A stretch of 64,000 bases of DNA. Source: Octopus sinensis. Taxonomy: Eukaryota. The notes under the pieces are model-generated. The model was given only the letters and a program-made list of their open reading frames with translations. It did not search any database and was not told the origin of the DNA. The stretch spans positions 10,168,001 to 10,232,000 of the forward strand of contig NC_043023.1 of the NCBI RefSeq assembly GCF_006345805.1, given 5' to 3'. Shown one piece after another: positions 1 to 43,010 of the stretch (its first letter is position 1; each line of letters starts with the position of its first letter). Both the position numbers and the translations under genes were made by a program.

Positions 1-7104
<7,104 letters not shown>

Positions 7105-7320
7105 TTCACTTGTGGCAACTTTGCTCTGCGAAATTCTGGATGGCATCAACTCATACTCTGGTCATGTTATGCCCACTATATTTTTGTTTTAGCTAGTCCA
7201 TCCATCCCATTAGCTTCTAACACCTTCCAACTCATCTACTTATGCAAGCATGGACAGTAAATGCATGACAATGGTAGTGATATAAAATCTGCAATGTTTT
7301 ACTATGTTGGTCAACTATCC

Positions 7321-7353
7321 AGTTTTATCTTACTGCTTCTTTTCCTATTTCAG
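7321..7353 (+). promoter_or_regulatory. Putative 3' splice acceptor preceding the zinc-finger exon of array B
   Basis: Polypyrimidine tract and AG: ttttatcttactgcttcttttcctatttcAG. The downstream sequence has stops in all frames, so it looks like 5'UTR. Confidence 0.55.
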
Positions 7354-7657
7354 AATATCAGAACATGTTGACGTGAAGGAAATCTCTCCATTCAGAAGTG
7401 TCTTTGATATTCTCATCACCTAAAGGAAGACGATATATTTATAAGGAGCATTCATGAATAAGTCTACCTCTGTATACAAATACAGTCTATAACAAGGAAC
7501 AGTGAAATATTATTCTTTCTGTGGAATGTATGGAAGAAACATTGCATTAAGTGTTATCCGAATGAAGTGACAAAAGTGAACAGAAATGTATTCATGGAAA
7601 TGAAAAACACTTTATCATTGTGAAGTGTATGATAAGTGATTCTCTCAAAATGAATAA

Positions 7658-32072
<24,415 letters not shown>

Positions 32073-32310
32073 CCTTGCATTAGTTGTTGTAATTCATTTT
32101 TTGGAAATGGTGTTGTAACTACACACGAAAATGTTCATCCCAGACACAACCTATGTAATGGTCGTGTCTGTGTTAAAGCATTCTCTCATAGACCTAACTT
32201 AACTGTCCATGAACGAATCCCTACATGAGAGTAGCCATGTCCGTGTGACACGTGTGGCAAATGATTCTCTCGAAAAAGCCACATGCATAAACATGGGGTA
32301 TTCACAGAGA
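32073..32310 (+). pseudogene. Degenerate zinc-finger remnants just past the stop codon
   Basis: In-frame continuation reads PCISCCNSFF...VCVKAFSHRPNLTVHERIPT*..CDTCGK*FSRKSHMHKH. AATAAA at 32417-32422 is a possible polyA signal. Confidence 0.7.
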
Positions 32311-32672
32311 CGTGTTACTGTCTCAATGTCAAAATTGATTAAGTCATAACGATAATTACACTAATTGGTCTGCTAAAAACACAGGCTTTTTCCTTTCATC
32401 AGTTATAGAATTTCTTAATAAAGAATAATGAAATAAATATCTATTTTGTGCTTGTTTTTTTGCTCTATATCTGGACCCTGTTCCCTTTCTCCCTTTAACC
32501 TGTCAACTGGCACAAAGTGACGTTCCTTCAATACTACCCCTCCTGCCCTGCCAGTTTTGAGGCTATTTCTCTTGCAAGGTCCTTGGGGGCCCTGTCGGTT
32601 TGTAAAAGGGTTGACATTAGGAAATGCATTCTGCTGTAGAAAAAGCCAAATCAGACAAGGGAAATGGTGCAG

Positions 32673-34030
32673 CTCATGGCTTTGTCAGCTCCGGTTGAAG
32701 CATCCCAAATAGCCTGCCTGAATGGAAAACAAACATAAACGATGTCGGAAGTATCTAGCAAGGTGAAGCGCTGTCCTTTGATATGCACAACAGCAACTAA
32801 CATATCTCTCCACTCCATGTATGTTTTTTTTTATATTGGTATTGTGTGTCTATACGGTGATTTGAACTCTTGTCTCTTGACAAACAGTAATTTTCGCCTT
32901 CGGGGCAGAAAATTTCTGAATTTTTGTGAAATGTTAATCTTTGAAAATTTTTCTTTCTTGTCATTTGTGTGACGAGGTTCTCTTGTCTTTTGAGGCAAGT
33001 TCAAAATAAAGGAGTACGACAGGGTCCTTTGTCTCTGCTGAATGGAAAACAAACATTAATTAAACGATGTAGGAGTATTCTTAGCAAGGTGAAGCGCTGT
33101 CCTTTGACATGCACAACAGCAACTAACATATCTCTCAACTCCATGTTTTTTTTTTTTTATTATTGGTTTGTGTGTCTATGGTGATTTGACACTCTGTCTC
33201 CTGAAATACATGTATTTCGCCCTTTGGGGCACGAAAATTTCTGTCTTTTTGTGAAATGTTCAATCTTTGAAAATTTTTCTTCTTGTCATTGTGACGAGGT
33301 TTCACTGTCTTTTGAGACAAGTTCAAACTCATGGCTTTGTCAGCTCCGGTTGAAGCATCCAAAATATGCCTGAATGGGAAACAAACATTAAACGATGTCG
33401 GAAGTATTCTTAGCAAGGTGAAGCGCTTGTCCTTTGATATGCACAACAGCAACTAACATATCTCTCAACTCCATGTATGTGTTTTTTATTATTGGTATTG
33501 TGTGTCTATACGGTGATTTGAACTCTTGTCTCTTGACAAACAGTAATTTTCGCCCTTCGGGGCAGAAAATTTCTGAATTTTTGTGAAATGTTAATCTTTG
33601 AAAATTTTTCTTCTTGTCATTTGTGACGAGGTTCTCTTGTCTTTTGAGGCAAGTTCAAAATAAAGGAGTACGACAGGGTCCTTTGTCTCTGCCTGAATGG
33701 AAAACAAACATTAAACGATGTAGGAAGTATTCTTAGCAAGGTGAAGCGCTTGTCCTTTGACATGCACAACAGCAACTAACATATCTCTCAACTCCATGTT
33801 TTTTTTTTTTTATTATTGGTATTGTGTGTCTATACGGTGATTTGAACTCTTGTCTCCTGACAAACAGTAATTTTCGCCCTTCGGGGCAGAAAATTTCTGA
33901 ATTTTTGTGAAATGTTAATCTTTGAAAATTTTTCTTCTTGTCATTTGTGACGAGGTTCACTTGTCTTTTGAGACAAGTTCAAAATAAAGGAGTACAACAG
34001 GGTCCTTTGTCTCTGCCTGAATGGAAAACA
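32673..34030. repeat. ~325-bp tandem repeat, about 4 copies, with a ~655-bp higher-order duplication
   Basis: atggaaaacaaacat-like motif recurs near 32722, 33042, 33374, 33698 and 34021. ctcatggctttgtcagctccgg occurs at 32673 and 33328. Confidence 0.9.
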
Positions 34031-34199
34031 AATGTTAAATAATGAGGAATCAAGTATTTATAGCAAAGTGAAATTATTTTTTTCTTTTTGACTTGCAACT
34101 GACATATTTTGCCTCTCATCTTCCTCCAACGTATTGTGAATAAATATACAAATATTTCTGGTGTCTGCTATTTTAGAACCAATACTTTGAATGTGTCAA

Positions 34200-34455
34200 G
34201 CAGGTAACTGGCAGAAACCTAAGCACATCGGGTAAAATGCTTAATGGTAATTCTTCTGCCGTTACGTTCTGAGTTCAAATTCCGCTGAGGTCGACTTTGC
34301 CTTTCATCCTTTCGGGATCGATAAATTAAGTAACAGTTACGCACTGGGGTTGATATAATAGACTTAATCTGTTTGTCATCTCTGTGTTTAGCCCCTTGTG
34401 GGTAGTAAAGAAATAGGTATTCCATCTGCCATTACATTCTGAGTTCAAATTCTGC
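34200..34455 (+). mobile_element. SINE-like repeat (family with ctgagttcaaattcc B-box)
   Basis: Related copies at ~34896, ~53180-53360 and, on the reverse strand, ~62050-62180. Contains GTTCAAATTCC. Confidence 0.7.
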
Positions 34456-34935
34456 TTTCCTCCCTCCCAGTTGTGGGCTATTTTGTCTTACAGGGTCCTT
34501 GGTGACCCTTTCGGTTTTGTTGTCACATAAAACTCACTGGTGATGCTGCCAAGAGAAAAGAAGTTGTGCTGGTGCCATTGAAAGAGGATGGTGCTTCCAC
34601 CATATCAAAAGCCCTGGTGCAGGACCCATATTACAAGCACTGGTCACAGGGGTAAATAAATAGCACAGATGCTGCTCCCAGGAAAAAGGCATTGGTGATG
34701 GTTCCACATGAAAAGCGATACTAGAGGGGTCATCCAAAAAGCACGGATGATGGTGCAACTTGTAAATCATTGGTGATGGTACCACAGAAAAAGGGTCACT
34801 GATGATGGTGTCTCGTTAGAAGAACTGGTGACTGTGATACATGAAATGCATGGGTAAGGGGCTCACATTATAAGCACAGGTACTATTACCATTAAAGGTG
34901 GCGAGCTGGCAGAAACGTTAGCACGCCTGGCAAAA

Positions 34936-35028
34936 AGCGTAGACATTACATTCTGAGTTCAAATTCAGCGTAGACATTACATTCTGAGTTCAAATTCAGC
35001 GTAGACATTACATTCTGAGTTCAAGTTC
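34936..35028. repeat. 31-bp tandem repeat x3 within a SINE head
   Basis: agcgtagacattacattctgagttcaaattc repeated three times. Confidence 0.9.
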
Positions 35029-35031
35029 CCA

Positions 35032-35570
35032 CACTGAGCCCACACTTAAGGTGCTATGCAGTGGCACTGAGCCCACACTTAAGGTGCTATGCAGTGGCAC
35101 TGAGCCCACACTTAAGGTGCCATGCTGTGGCACTGAGCCCACACTTAAGGTGCCATGCTGTGGCACTGAGCCCACACTTAAGGTGCCATGCAGTGGCACT
35201 GACCCCACACTTAAGGTGCCATGCAGTGGCACTGAGCCCACACTTAAGGTGCCATGCAGTGGCACTGACCCCACACTTAAGGTGCCATGCCGTGGCACTG
35301 ACCCCACACTTAAGGTGCCATGCAGTGGCACTGACCCCACACTTAAGGTGCCATGCAGTGGCACTGAGCCCACACTTAAGGTGCTATGCAGTGGCACTGA
35401 GCCCACACTTAAGGTGCCATGCAGTGGCACTGACCCCACACTTAAGGTGCCATGCAGTGGCACTGAGCCCACACTTAAGGTGCCATGCAGTGGCACTGAG
35501 CCCACACTTAAGGTGCCATGCAGTGGCACTGAGCCCACACTTAAGGTGCTATGCAGTGGCACTGAGCCCA
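35032..35570. repeat. 33-bp minisatellite (~16 copies) derived from a SINE
   Basis: Unit cactgagcccacacttaaggtgccatgcagtgg resembles the reverse SINE segment acacttgcccaaggtgccatgcagtgggactgaaccc seen at ~43126-43162. Confidence 0.92.
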
Positions 35571-36227
35571 GGGATCTTTTCCGTTTGACCGGCAATTTTT
35601 TCTAGTGGGGTCATATGAAATTGTCACCCATAGTTATGACCCTAGTATCGATCTATTGCATTTCAATCTATTTTTGTGTTTGGGTTGGGGGTGGGGAAAG
35701 GGTATCTTTTTTATTCAGAAATGTAAATAAACCCAATCTGTTTCTTAAACGAGGGACATATTCATACGGCACAGAATGTTTTCACCTCAATAGACGTCAT
35801 TGATTGGTTGAATTTGCAGAAATTGAAGAAAAAAAACAACAAATATCTTATAAACTATAGAATTTTCTCAATAAAGCCAAGAGAAAAAGATGTTTTATAA
35901 ACACATTCTACCAGTATACGAAGTTTAAAAGTGTTTAGTTAGGTGGAAATTATTTTAAAAAACTGCTGGTCAAACCGAAAAGATCCCTGTTTCTTAAATG
36001 AGGGACATGTTCATACAGCACAGAATGTTTTTTACCTCAATAGACGTCACTGATTGGTTGAAATTGAAGAAAAAAAACAACAAATATCTTACAAACTATA
36101 GAATTTTCTCAATAAAGCCAAGAGAAAAGGATGTTTTATAAACACATTCTACCAGTATACGAAGTTTAAAAGTGTTTTGTTTTGTGGAAATTATTTTAAA
36201 AAACTGCCGGTCAAACGGAAAATATCC
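35569..36227. mobile_element. MITE / non-autonomous DNA transposon (hAT-like CAGGG end) with duplicated right half
   Basis: Left end cagggatcttttccgtttgaccggcaattttt. Inverted copies end at 35989 (ggtcaaaccgaaaagatccctg) and 36227 (gccggtcaaacggaaaatatcc). 35738-35989 is repeated as ~35987-36227. gagccca occurs at both junctions. Confidence 0.8.
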
Positions 36228-36319
36228 GAGCCCAGAACCACGTGCTTGGCAAGGTTTCTTATGACACAGTCTGTCTACATTGTTCTAGACTTTCGTTACA
36301 ACTAATCCCTGAAGTCAAA

Positions 36320-36740
<421 letters not shown>

Positions 36741-36779
36741 GGTGTAGGAGTGGCTGTGTGGTAAGTAGCTTGCTAACCA

Positions 36780-38257
36780 GCTTGCTTCCGGTTACCCATA
36801 GTGCATTTGGTTTGTCGCTTGTGTGCGAGTCGGACGTCGGTGTTGTTGCTGTGGTGAGACAATGTACTCAGACCTGGTTAGGTCTGAGTTGTCTTCAGAG
36901 GAGGAGCTCGTGAGGGCGGTCATAGCAATGGACAGTATGCTTGAAAAGAACAAGAGTTTTGCAGAGGTCACGAAGAAGAGACGAAAGGAGCTGGACTTGG
37001 CTGGTTTGAAAAACCATGGCAAGTTGCTACAGAAGGTGGAAGGGGACGTAAGACTGTCGCCCCCCAAAGGAATCATGGAGAAGATAGAAAGAAAGACTAT
37101 CACCTATAAGGTGTTCCCTTTAAAAGGAAAAAAGGGCTGAACAGGTGGAAGCAGATACAAAAAGAGCGCTAAGAGAGAGTCAAAAGAAATCACATACATC
37201 ACAAAAGGAAAAGATACGGAACAATGATTGTCCAATTTAGGACAGCTGAAGAGGCAATGAGGCTGGCAAGTGTGGTGGTGAAAACGGAGGAGGTAGTGCT
37301 TCTGCCCAAATACCTTGGAAGAAAAACTTCCAAAGTGAGGGTAGAAGCAATTCCGCCGGACGTAGAAGGGGCTTGGATAGCGGCAGCTGTCCTTGATGGA
37401 AGCGAGGAGAAGGTGGCTGTCCTTGTTGGAAGCAAGGAGAAGGTGGCTGTCCTTGTTGGAAGCGAGGAGAAGGTGGCTGTCCTCCAAGCCACAGAAACAG
37501 AAGAAGGAGGGTGCAAAGGAAGAATGCTCGAATTAATCATTCTGACAGAGGAGGAACAACTTGAGAACTTGGCAGAAACTGTGACGCTGGGGGAAATCGT
37601 TCTGAGGGTGTGGGTAGAGGGCAGAGTACCACGTTGCTTTAAATGTGGCCAAAAGGGCCACATTAGAGCATACTGCTCTCTACGAAAGACTACGGCCGAG
37701 GATGTGGTTGCAGAGACAGAAGAGAAAAAAGAGGAAAAAGAAAAAATAGACGAAGGAAGCGATGAAAAGGAGGAAGGGAAAGTTGCAGAGCGCACAAGAA
37801 GAAGAGAAAAAAAAGAAAAGACACTGAGTATGATGTGGGCACCCAGTCCAACCCCATCCCACCCAAGACCACTCAGACCCATCCTCCCCATACAGACAAT
37901 TTTCCCCTCAAGAAAAAAAAAAAAAGAACAGACAACACAAAATTTAGAAGACCCCCCTCCCGGCAAAAAAGGTTATGAATGCATGACGGAGAGAAGGTTA
38001 CCATCAAGCGACAGGATTGAACGAAAAGAGAAAAAGGACTCAGGACCCAGAGACAGCGAGTTGTGTTACTCAGTGTGGGGTGAGTAGCACACTCTTCATA
38101 ATATCATTCATATTATCATATTTTAATTTGTTCTTCATGTGCATTTTCATGTTCATCCATTATATCATATTTTATTTTTTAATTGTTATATGTCCCCACA
38201 TGTGTTGTAGTGTCCCCTCTGTGTATTTATTGCCTTTATGGCAAATCTGATAAAATA
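36780..38257 (+). mobile_element. ORF1-only non-LTR retro-insertion (L1/Tx1-like gag zinc-knuckle protein) inside a SINE
   Basis: 17-bp TSD aagtagcttgctaacca at 36763-36779 and 38258-38274. ORF pieces 36862-37140 and 37224-38087, the second with CFKCGQKGHIRAYC (CX2CX4HX4C). Short 3'UTR ending ataaaataa. No EN/RT sequence seen. Confidence 0.8.
37224..38087 (+). CDS. Retrotransposon ORF1-like protein, C-terminal part (CCHC knuckle, acidic/basic tail)
   Basis: LRVWVEGRVPRCFKCGQKGHIRAYC. Internal 30-bp triplication (EKVAVLVGSE). Joins the upstream ORF through apparent frameshifts at ~37130-37215. Confidence 0.7.
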   Translation: MIVQFRTAEEAMRLASVVVKTEEVVLLPKYLGRKTSKVRVEAIPPDVEGAWIAAAVLDGSEEKVAVLVGSKEKVAVLVGSEEKVAVLQATETEEGGCKGRMLELIILTEEEQLENLAETVTLGEIVLRVWVEGRVPRCFKCGQKGHIRAYCSLRKTTAEDVVAETEEKKEEKEKIDEGSDEKEEGKVAERTRRREKKEKTLSMMWAPSPTPSHPRPLRPILPIQTIFPSRKKKKEQTTQNLEDPPPGKKGYECMTERRLPSSDRIERKEKKDSGPRDSELCYSVWGE

Positions 38258-38400
38258 AAGTAGCTTGCTAACCAACCACATGGTTCCGGGTTCAGTCCCA
38301 CTGCGTGGGACCTTGGTCAAGTATCTTCTACTATAGCCTCGGGCCCACCAAAGCCTTGTGAGTGGATTTAGTAGACAGAAACTGGAAGAAGCCTGTCGTA
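38258..38400 (+). mobile_element. Remainder of the interrupted tRNA-derived SINE
   Basis: Continues exactly from the head at 36741-36779: ccacatggttccgggttcagtcccactgcgtgg... Confidence 0.85.
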
Positions 38401-38759
38401 TATATGTATATATATATATATATAATATGTATACAGTTCTATTTGTATTTAAGTATGTAGTTGTTTATGTGTGTGTGTGAGTGTGTGTATACCTACGTTT
38501 GGATTTAGTTGTGTATGTATGATTGTCTATAGTTATGTATATATATAAACATGAATTCTTCATGTATGCATATATGTATTTATGTATATATACAAATATA
38601 TACACACACATATGTATGTATTTATATATATATATGTGTGTTTGTGCATATATGCATATATATATATATGTATATATGTATATGCATATATATGTATACT
38701 GTTGTGTCTGGGTGACTTCTGCCCCGTGCTATCCACCAACAACCTAAATCAAACTTGTA

Positions 38760-38937
38760 TCTCATAAAAACAATACAGAACAACAATTTCACATCAATTG
38801 ACCCCATTCTCTTTAACATGATATCAAAACACATTTCAGTAGAAACAGATCCCATAAAGTTCAAGAAGTCTTTGGAAAAATTCCTTCGAGAAATCCCAGA
38901 TAAACCTCCTACACCCAGATATGTCTTTGGAAACAAT
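38760..38937 (+). mobile_element. CR1-like LINE 3' fragment
   Basis: Translates ...ILFNMISKHIS...KFKKSLEKFLREIPDKPPTPRY, resembling a CR1 ORF2 C-terminus. Another RT-like piece at ~39590-39780 (ASRMCPWIHRTF). Confidence 0.55.
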
Positions 38938-39196
38938 ATATATATATTGTGTTAGCCTCGTGAAGGGATCATTATTGGGCTTGACTTAAAAAGCAGAAGC
39001 TCTATACACAGCAATGCCACCATGTTCGATACGTTATTTGCACTATGTTGAAAATATTCAACGAATATTATCCAAATAATATTACTATTATGTTTACAAT
39101 TCACCCAAGACTTGACCCCTATGCAATTCGTCGAGATCACATAACATGAAAATATTGCACCACAATTTCTTCACTGAAAATGTTCCTCTGTGTGTG

Positions 39197-39248
<52 letters not shown>

Positions 39249-39279
39249 TAGAAGGTTTGCAGATGATGTACAGGTATTT

Positions 39280-39541
39280 TATATTAGAAGAGATGAGGTA
39301 CTCAGAAATTCGGATGGTTTTATATTTACAGATATTTATTTGTATATTACATGTTTTTATACATCATATATTATATATTAGCGCTTTCGCCCATTCTAGT
39401 GGGGTTTTCAATTTTAAAACCCCACTAGATTGGGCGAAAGTGCTAATATATGATATATGTTATATGATGTATAAAAACATGTAATATACAAATAAATATC
39501 TGTAAATATAAAACCATCCGAATTTCTGAGTACCTCATTTC

Positions 39542-39550
<9 letters not shown>
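39280..39550. repeat. ~270-bp fold-back palindrome between (TA)n tracts
   Basis: atattagaagagatgaggtactcagaaattcggatgg... mirrored by ...ccatccgaatttctgagtacctcatttcttctaatat. Centre near 39411. Confidence 0.92.
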
Positions 39551-39583
<33 letters not shown>

Positions 39584-39847
39584 TGGTCCATTCATGTGCA
39601 CAGCAAAATTAACATGGCCAGCAGAATGTGTCCCTGGATTCACAGAACTTTCCAGTTGAGATGTATCCAGATATCCACACCATTATCCTTTATTTCTCCA
39701 CTTTTGCCTGACCCCTCCTTGGAACTGTTGTCCACTGTGGTCGCGCCACACAAAACAATGTACATACTTCATCATTTTAAACATAAATAGACACCTTATT
39801 TAAAGGAAGCAGTAGGAAGTTATGGTGTTTTCAGTAGTGTGGTGTAT

Positions 39848-40201
39848 ATATATATATATAAAGCTGAAGTTGTCTGTGTATGGCAGGTTTGGTAGCCTTC
39901 AACTAACACCATCTCCTCCGAGACCCTGCAGTGCAAGTTGACCAAAATTGAGAGTATGATAGAAGAAGGCTTGCTCCAAAAATTATTTACATCAAAAAGG
40001 TGCTTTTTTTCTATGAAAATCCCTAGTTTTTTACGATTTTTTTACTGTTGTGTCATCATTTTTCGGTGTATTTCAACCAGAAAAATGTTCACTTAAAGAG
40101 AATAACAAGCTACATAATGCAAAATATTTACTTTGCAAAAATTCCAATTCTAAAGGGTTGAAAAGAAAACATACCCGAGCAATGCCGGGCGATACTGCTA
40201 G
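39848..40201 (+). mobile_element. Non-autonomous Helitron-like element
   Basis: Starts tatatataaagctgaagttg and ends with hairpin cccgagcaatgccggg followed by CTAG|t. Confidence 0.75.
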
Positions 40202-40757
40202 TCTTTCAATATTTTTCAAAGTAAAAATAAATCCATCATATTTCCTTATTTTCAATTGAAATTGTGCTGTACTCAGAGGATTACTTATTTGTGAATTCAC
40301 GATACTCCTTCAAGTTTGTGACTCACCTTAGTTACATTATCATTATTTTCAGTGGTTTTATCATTTGTTAAATTCAACCACTTATCTATGAGCAACATAT
40401 TTTGTCTTTGGTTCTATTAAAATATGAAAATTACTTTGAGAGTCTTTGAGCAGAACAAGAAGATCTCACTCAGTAAAGGAACTGATTTGGGGTCGTCTCA
40501 GTTGAAAGTTATCCTTTTTAGTTTTAGAGAATCAGTAAAAGAGATATATATTTTAAGTTTTGTAAATAAGTTTAAATCTAAAACTAAATATGTTCCTGTT
40601 AGTTTACATAAACATAACTTATTGTTTCATACAACTTTCAGGAAGTAATTTCATGTTTATTATATTTTTGGTGTATTTTTACATTACATATTATATAATT
40701 TCACTCCCACATGTTGGAGCTAAAAATCAGTAAGATATGTTAGCAATTTATTTAAAA

Positions 40758-41147
40758 CTAGCAGTATCGCCCGCTGTTGCTCGGGTTTGCTTCGACCCTT
40801 TAGAATTGGAATTTTTGAAAAGTAAATATTTTGCATTATGTAGCTTGTTATTCTCTTTAAGTGAACATTTTTCTGGTTGAAATACACTGAAAAATGGTGA
40901 CACAGCAGTAAAAAAATCGTAAAAAACTAGGGATTTTCATAGAAAAAAAGCACCTTTTTGATGTAAATAATTTTGGTGTTAACATGGTCCGATTTGAATT
41001 GTATCTGCTACGGAATGAAGAGCAAGCCTTCTTCAATCATATTCTCAATTTTGGTCAATTTGCGCCGCAGGGTCTCGGAGGAGATAGTGTTAGTTGAAGG
41101 CTACCAAATCTGCCATACACAGACAACTTCAACTTTATATATAAAGA
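40758..41147 (-). mobile_element. Second copy of the same Helitron-like family, inverted
   Basis: Reverse complement of 39848-40201, with 5' tctttatatataaag and 3' hairpin plus CTAG. Confidence 0.8.
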
Positions 41148-41562
41148 CTAGCACTATGTCCTGGCAACACCAGGTCATAGTTCTAGTGCATATACAGCTG
41201 CGTGCTAGAACACATACACATGAGTACTGTCCAAATCTTCGACCAATCACATACAGCTAGCTGGCATTCAATTGGCGTATCAAGTTTCAGGCATTTTGAT
41301 TGTGTTTTGGGGTAGAAAATTCACAAAAAAGATTTTTTGACTGCTGTGTCACCATTTTTCAGTGTATTTCAACCAGAAAAATGTCACTTCTGTTGATTTT
41401 GTAATGGCTTTGTGGGGTGACTGGGGAAATGTAAAGATGTGCACAACCACCCTTGGACGGTTTAAAATGACCATAGAAAGTGTGAGCCCTCTAACTGAAA
41501 AATTGTGCATTTGTATAAAGGACACACACACACAGACATTTTACCGTTTATATATATAGAGA
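41148..41562 (-). mobile_element. Third Helitron-like element abutting the second
   Basis: Minus strand begins tctctatatatataaacgg and ends cctggtgttgccagg hairpin...CTAG. Confidence 0.65.
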
Positions 41563-42114
41563 TAATTTCTACAAACTTTGATACCAAATAACTTGTTTGA
41601 ATACTAATAAATTTTCATAGTAACTGTTGATCATTTTCTGAAATAAATTTGATGTAATTGAAATATTTTTGTATTTAATTTCAGTTCAACCAGTTTTGTT
41701 TTCTCCTATCATGAGCGAATCTAATAACACATTATTTGGAAGGTGAGAGTCAATGTGTCTTTTCCACAACCACATTTGTATTAAAATCACAAATATACCA
41801 TTATCTTAATAGGAAAGGATTTATCTACACATCAATAATTAAATTGTAAAATTATGGATTTATTTTTTATATATGCAATCATAAAGTTTTATTTTCTGCT
41901 GATAAAAAAATTGCAGTAATTAGTAACTAACAATGATCCTAAAGCTAGAATATAAAATAGAGATAACTCTTACTTGCACTCCCAACCCTGAGTTTCATTC
42001 AAACACCCCCTACATTAGAGGGGACCTGTCTTAAAACACTACAACAGGTCAAAGTGAAATGCCCACAGGTACATCATATATTACATAGAAAAAGAATCTC
42101 TATATGATATATAT

Positions 42115-42415
42115 ATCACCGTGACCGACCAGATTATCAGATGTTGCTACACATCACTGGTCACAATGCGCTTCGCATTGTTTTAGCCTTCAAATGACAA
42201 CAGCCTGCTGGCTAAGTGAGCAGGCCAACAGAAGAAAGAGTGAGAGAAAGATGTGGCAAAAGAGTACAGCAAGGATCGCTACCTCCCCCTGTTGGAGCCT
42301 CGTGGAACTTTGGGTGCTTTCGCTCAATAAACACTCACAACGCCCGGTCTGGGAATCGAAACCGCGATCCTACGACCGCGAGTCCGCTGCCCTACCACTG
42401 GGCCATTGCGCCTCC
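42115..42415 (-). mobile_element. tRNA-derived SINE (different family)
   Basis: Minus strand: ggaggcgcaatggcccagtggtaggg (A box) and ggtttcgattccc (B box), followed by a non-tRNA body. Confidence 0.8.
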
Positions 42416-42425
42416 ACATATGATA

Positions 42426-43010
42426 TACTCTTTTACTTGTCTCAGTCATTTGACTGCAGCCATGCTGGAGCACCGCCTTTTAGTCGTGCAAATCGACCCC
42501 AGGACTTATTCTTTATAAGCCTAATACTTATTCTATCAGTCTCTTTTGCCGAACTGCTAAGTAACGGGGATGTAAACATACCAGCATCGGTTGTCAAGTG
42601 ATGTTGGGGGGACAAACACAGACACACAAACGCACACATACATACATACATATATATATATATATTTATTGAAATGGATAAATGAATTATCTTGTTAAGG
42701 ATTATTCAAAATTTAACCGATACCTGGGTAGCAAAAATCACAACAGAAAAAACACGGTTGAAGTTACGACCTTGGGGTGTCGCAACCGTGCCTTAGCGTG
42801 GATAATTGAAGTTTGATATATTTAGTGAAGGAAAGAAATGGAGCTGAACGAAGATTCTACAGAATTCCTTTTATTATTTCTACACATGTTTCAAAGGCCG
42901 CAAATTTCCAAATCAGAATTTGGAAATTTGCGGCCTTTGAAACATGTGTAGAAAATAATAAAAGGAATTCCGTAGAATCTTCGTTCAGCTCCATTTCTTT
43001 CCTTCACTAA

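Noticed and set aside
35008-35605. Three overlapping repetitive ORFs (175-195 aa)
   Set aside because: By-products of a stop-free 33-bp SINE-derived minisatellite.
37104-37966. Minus-strand ORFs of 127 and 255 aa
   Set aside because: Antisense shadows of the purine-rich ORF1-like frame, with no recognisable motifs.
38400-39240. Short Y/I/C-rich ORFs
   Set aside because: Translations of (TA)n and (TG)n microsatellites.
42340-42415. tRNA gene
   Set aside because: It has A and B boxes but continues into a SINE body, and I could not form a convincing full cloverleaf.
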